Origin: Actibacterium sp. MT2.3-13A
GTDB lineage: Bacteria > Pseudomonadota > Alphaproteobacteria > Rhodobacterales > Rhodobacteraceae
Assembly (NCBI RefSeq): GCF_018139985.1
Contig: NZ_JAGSOU010000003.1
Location: forward strand, 198,663 to 222,662
DNA length: 24,000 nt
Direction: 5' to 3'
Made by a program: the position numbers and the translations under genes. Positions within the stretch are counted from its first letter, which is position 1. Each line of letters starts with the position of its first letter. Positions 23,684-24,000 of the stretch are shown here, piece by piece. Below the pieces are notes generated by a model that worked only from the letters and a program-made list of their open reading frames with translations, searched no databases and was not told the DNA's origin.

Positions 23684-24000
23684 CGAATTGCCTGTTCAAC
23701 CGAGCAATGATCCCCCCGCCACGACCAGGGCCGAGGGAAACGAGGTGCTCCCGACCGTGGCGCGGCCGTTGCCTGACGATACGGGCGCCGCAACCGAGCT
23801 TCGGTTTTCCCACGGCTGTCCGCTGGCGGGCGAACTGCGCACGACGGTCAACCTGCTGCCCGAGGGTGACGCCTTTCCGACCTGTTCCCTGAGCCCTGGC
23901 CGTGACGACCAGAGCTTGGGCGGCAGCGCCGGAATTCTCGGCGTTCCGCGGCGCTCGTCCCGATCGGCGCGCTGACGAATATCCCTTTCATCTCCTGACA

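Noticed and set aside
23688-23975. 95-aa + ORF after the LysR gene, the overlapping ORF at 23656..23892, and a short minus-strand ORF starting at the AGGAGATG near 23990.
   Set aside because: The + ORF starts with TTG, has no SD, no internal Met and no recognisable motif. Its antisense frame has similar third-position GC, so the coding strand cannot be decided. The window ends at 24000, so any real gene here may be truncated. I left it uncalled.
1-24000. CRISPR arrays, tandem repeats, transposase or IS ends, toxin-antitoxin pairs, or known defence-system gene signatures.
   Set aside because: None noticed on either strand. All sizeable ORFs with believable composition are accounted for by catabolic, transport or regulatory families. 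This is limited by visual inspection, and short dispersed repeats could have been missed.

Overview
Visibly GC-rich (about two-thirds G+C by eye) bacterial chromosomal DNA. The protein sequences look alphaproteobacterial, Rhodobacterales-like, but this taxonomic guess is unverified. Coding density is high and I saw no mobile elements, CRISPR arrays or recognisable defence genes. The window divides into three blocks. (1) 1..12097 is a phenylacetate (paa) catabolic regulon in three transcription units. The first is a minus-strand fused enoyl-CoA hydratase/3-hydroxyacyl-CoA dehydrogenase gene followed by a TRAP solute-binding gene. The second is a plus-strand paaG-paaI-paaK-paaR(TetR) operon. The third is a minus-strand seven-gene unit, paaJ-paaA-paaB-paaC-paaD-paaE, ending in an extra PaaA/PaaC-family ferritin-like gene. 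Both paa promoter regions carry the same ACC(G/A)-N6-CGGT-centred motif, a likely PaaR operator. No PaaZ-type ring-hydrolase/aldehyde dehydrogenase is present in the window. (2) 12321..15150 holds a two-subunit IorAB-like molybdoenzyme (2Fe-2S subunit plus a Tat-signal molybdopterin subunit), divergent from paaJ, followed by tRNA-Gly(GCC). (3) 15581..23659 is a minus-strand six-gene operon with a divergent LysR regulator. It encodes an Opp/Dpp-type (family 5) ABC importer interleaved with two cytoplasmic phosphohydrolases, a HAD-IIA phosphatase and a calcineurin-like metallophosphoesterase. I consider this third block the best candidate for an uncharacterised system: import and stepwise hydrolysis of a phosphodiester-type compound. 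That logic parallels the agrocinopine acc operon but uses unrelated enzyme folds. The many long ORFs antisense to these genes are high-GC shadow ORFs. All calls rest on reading the translations and sequence by eye; no searches were run.
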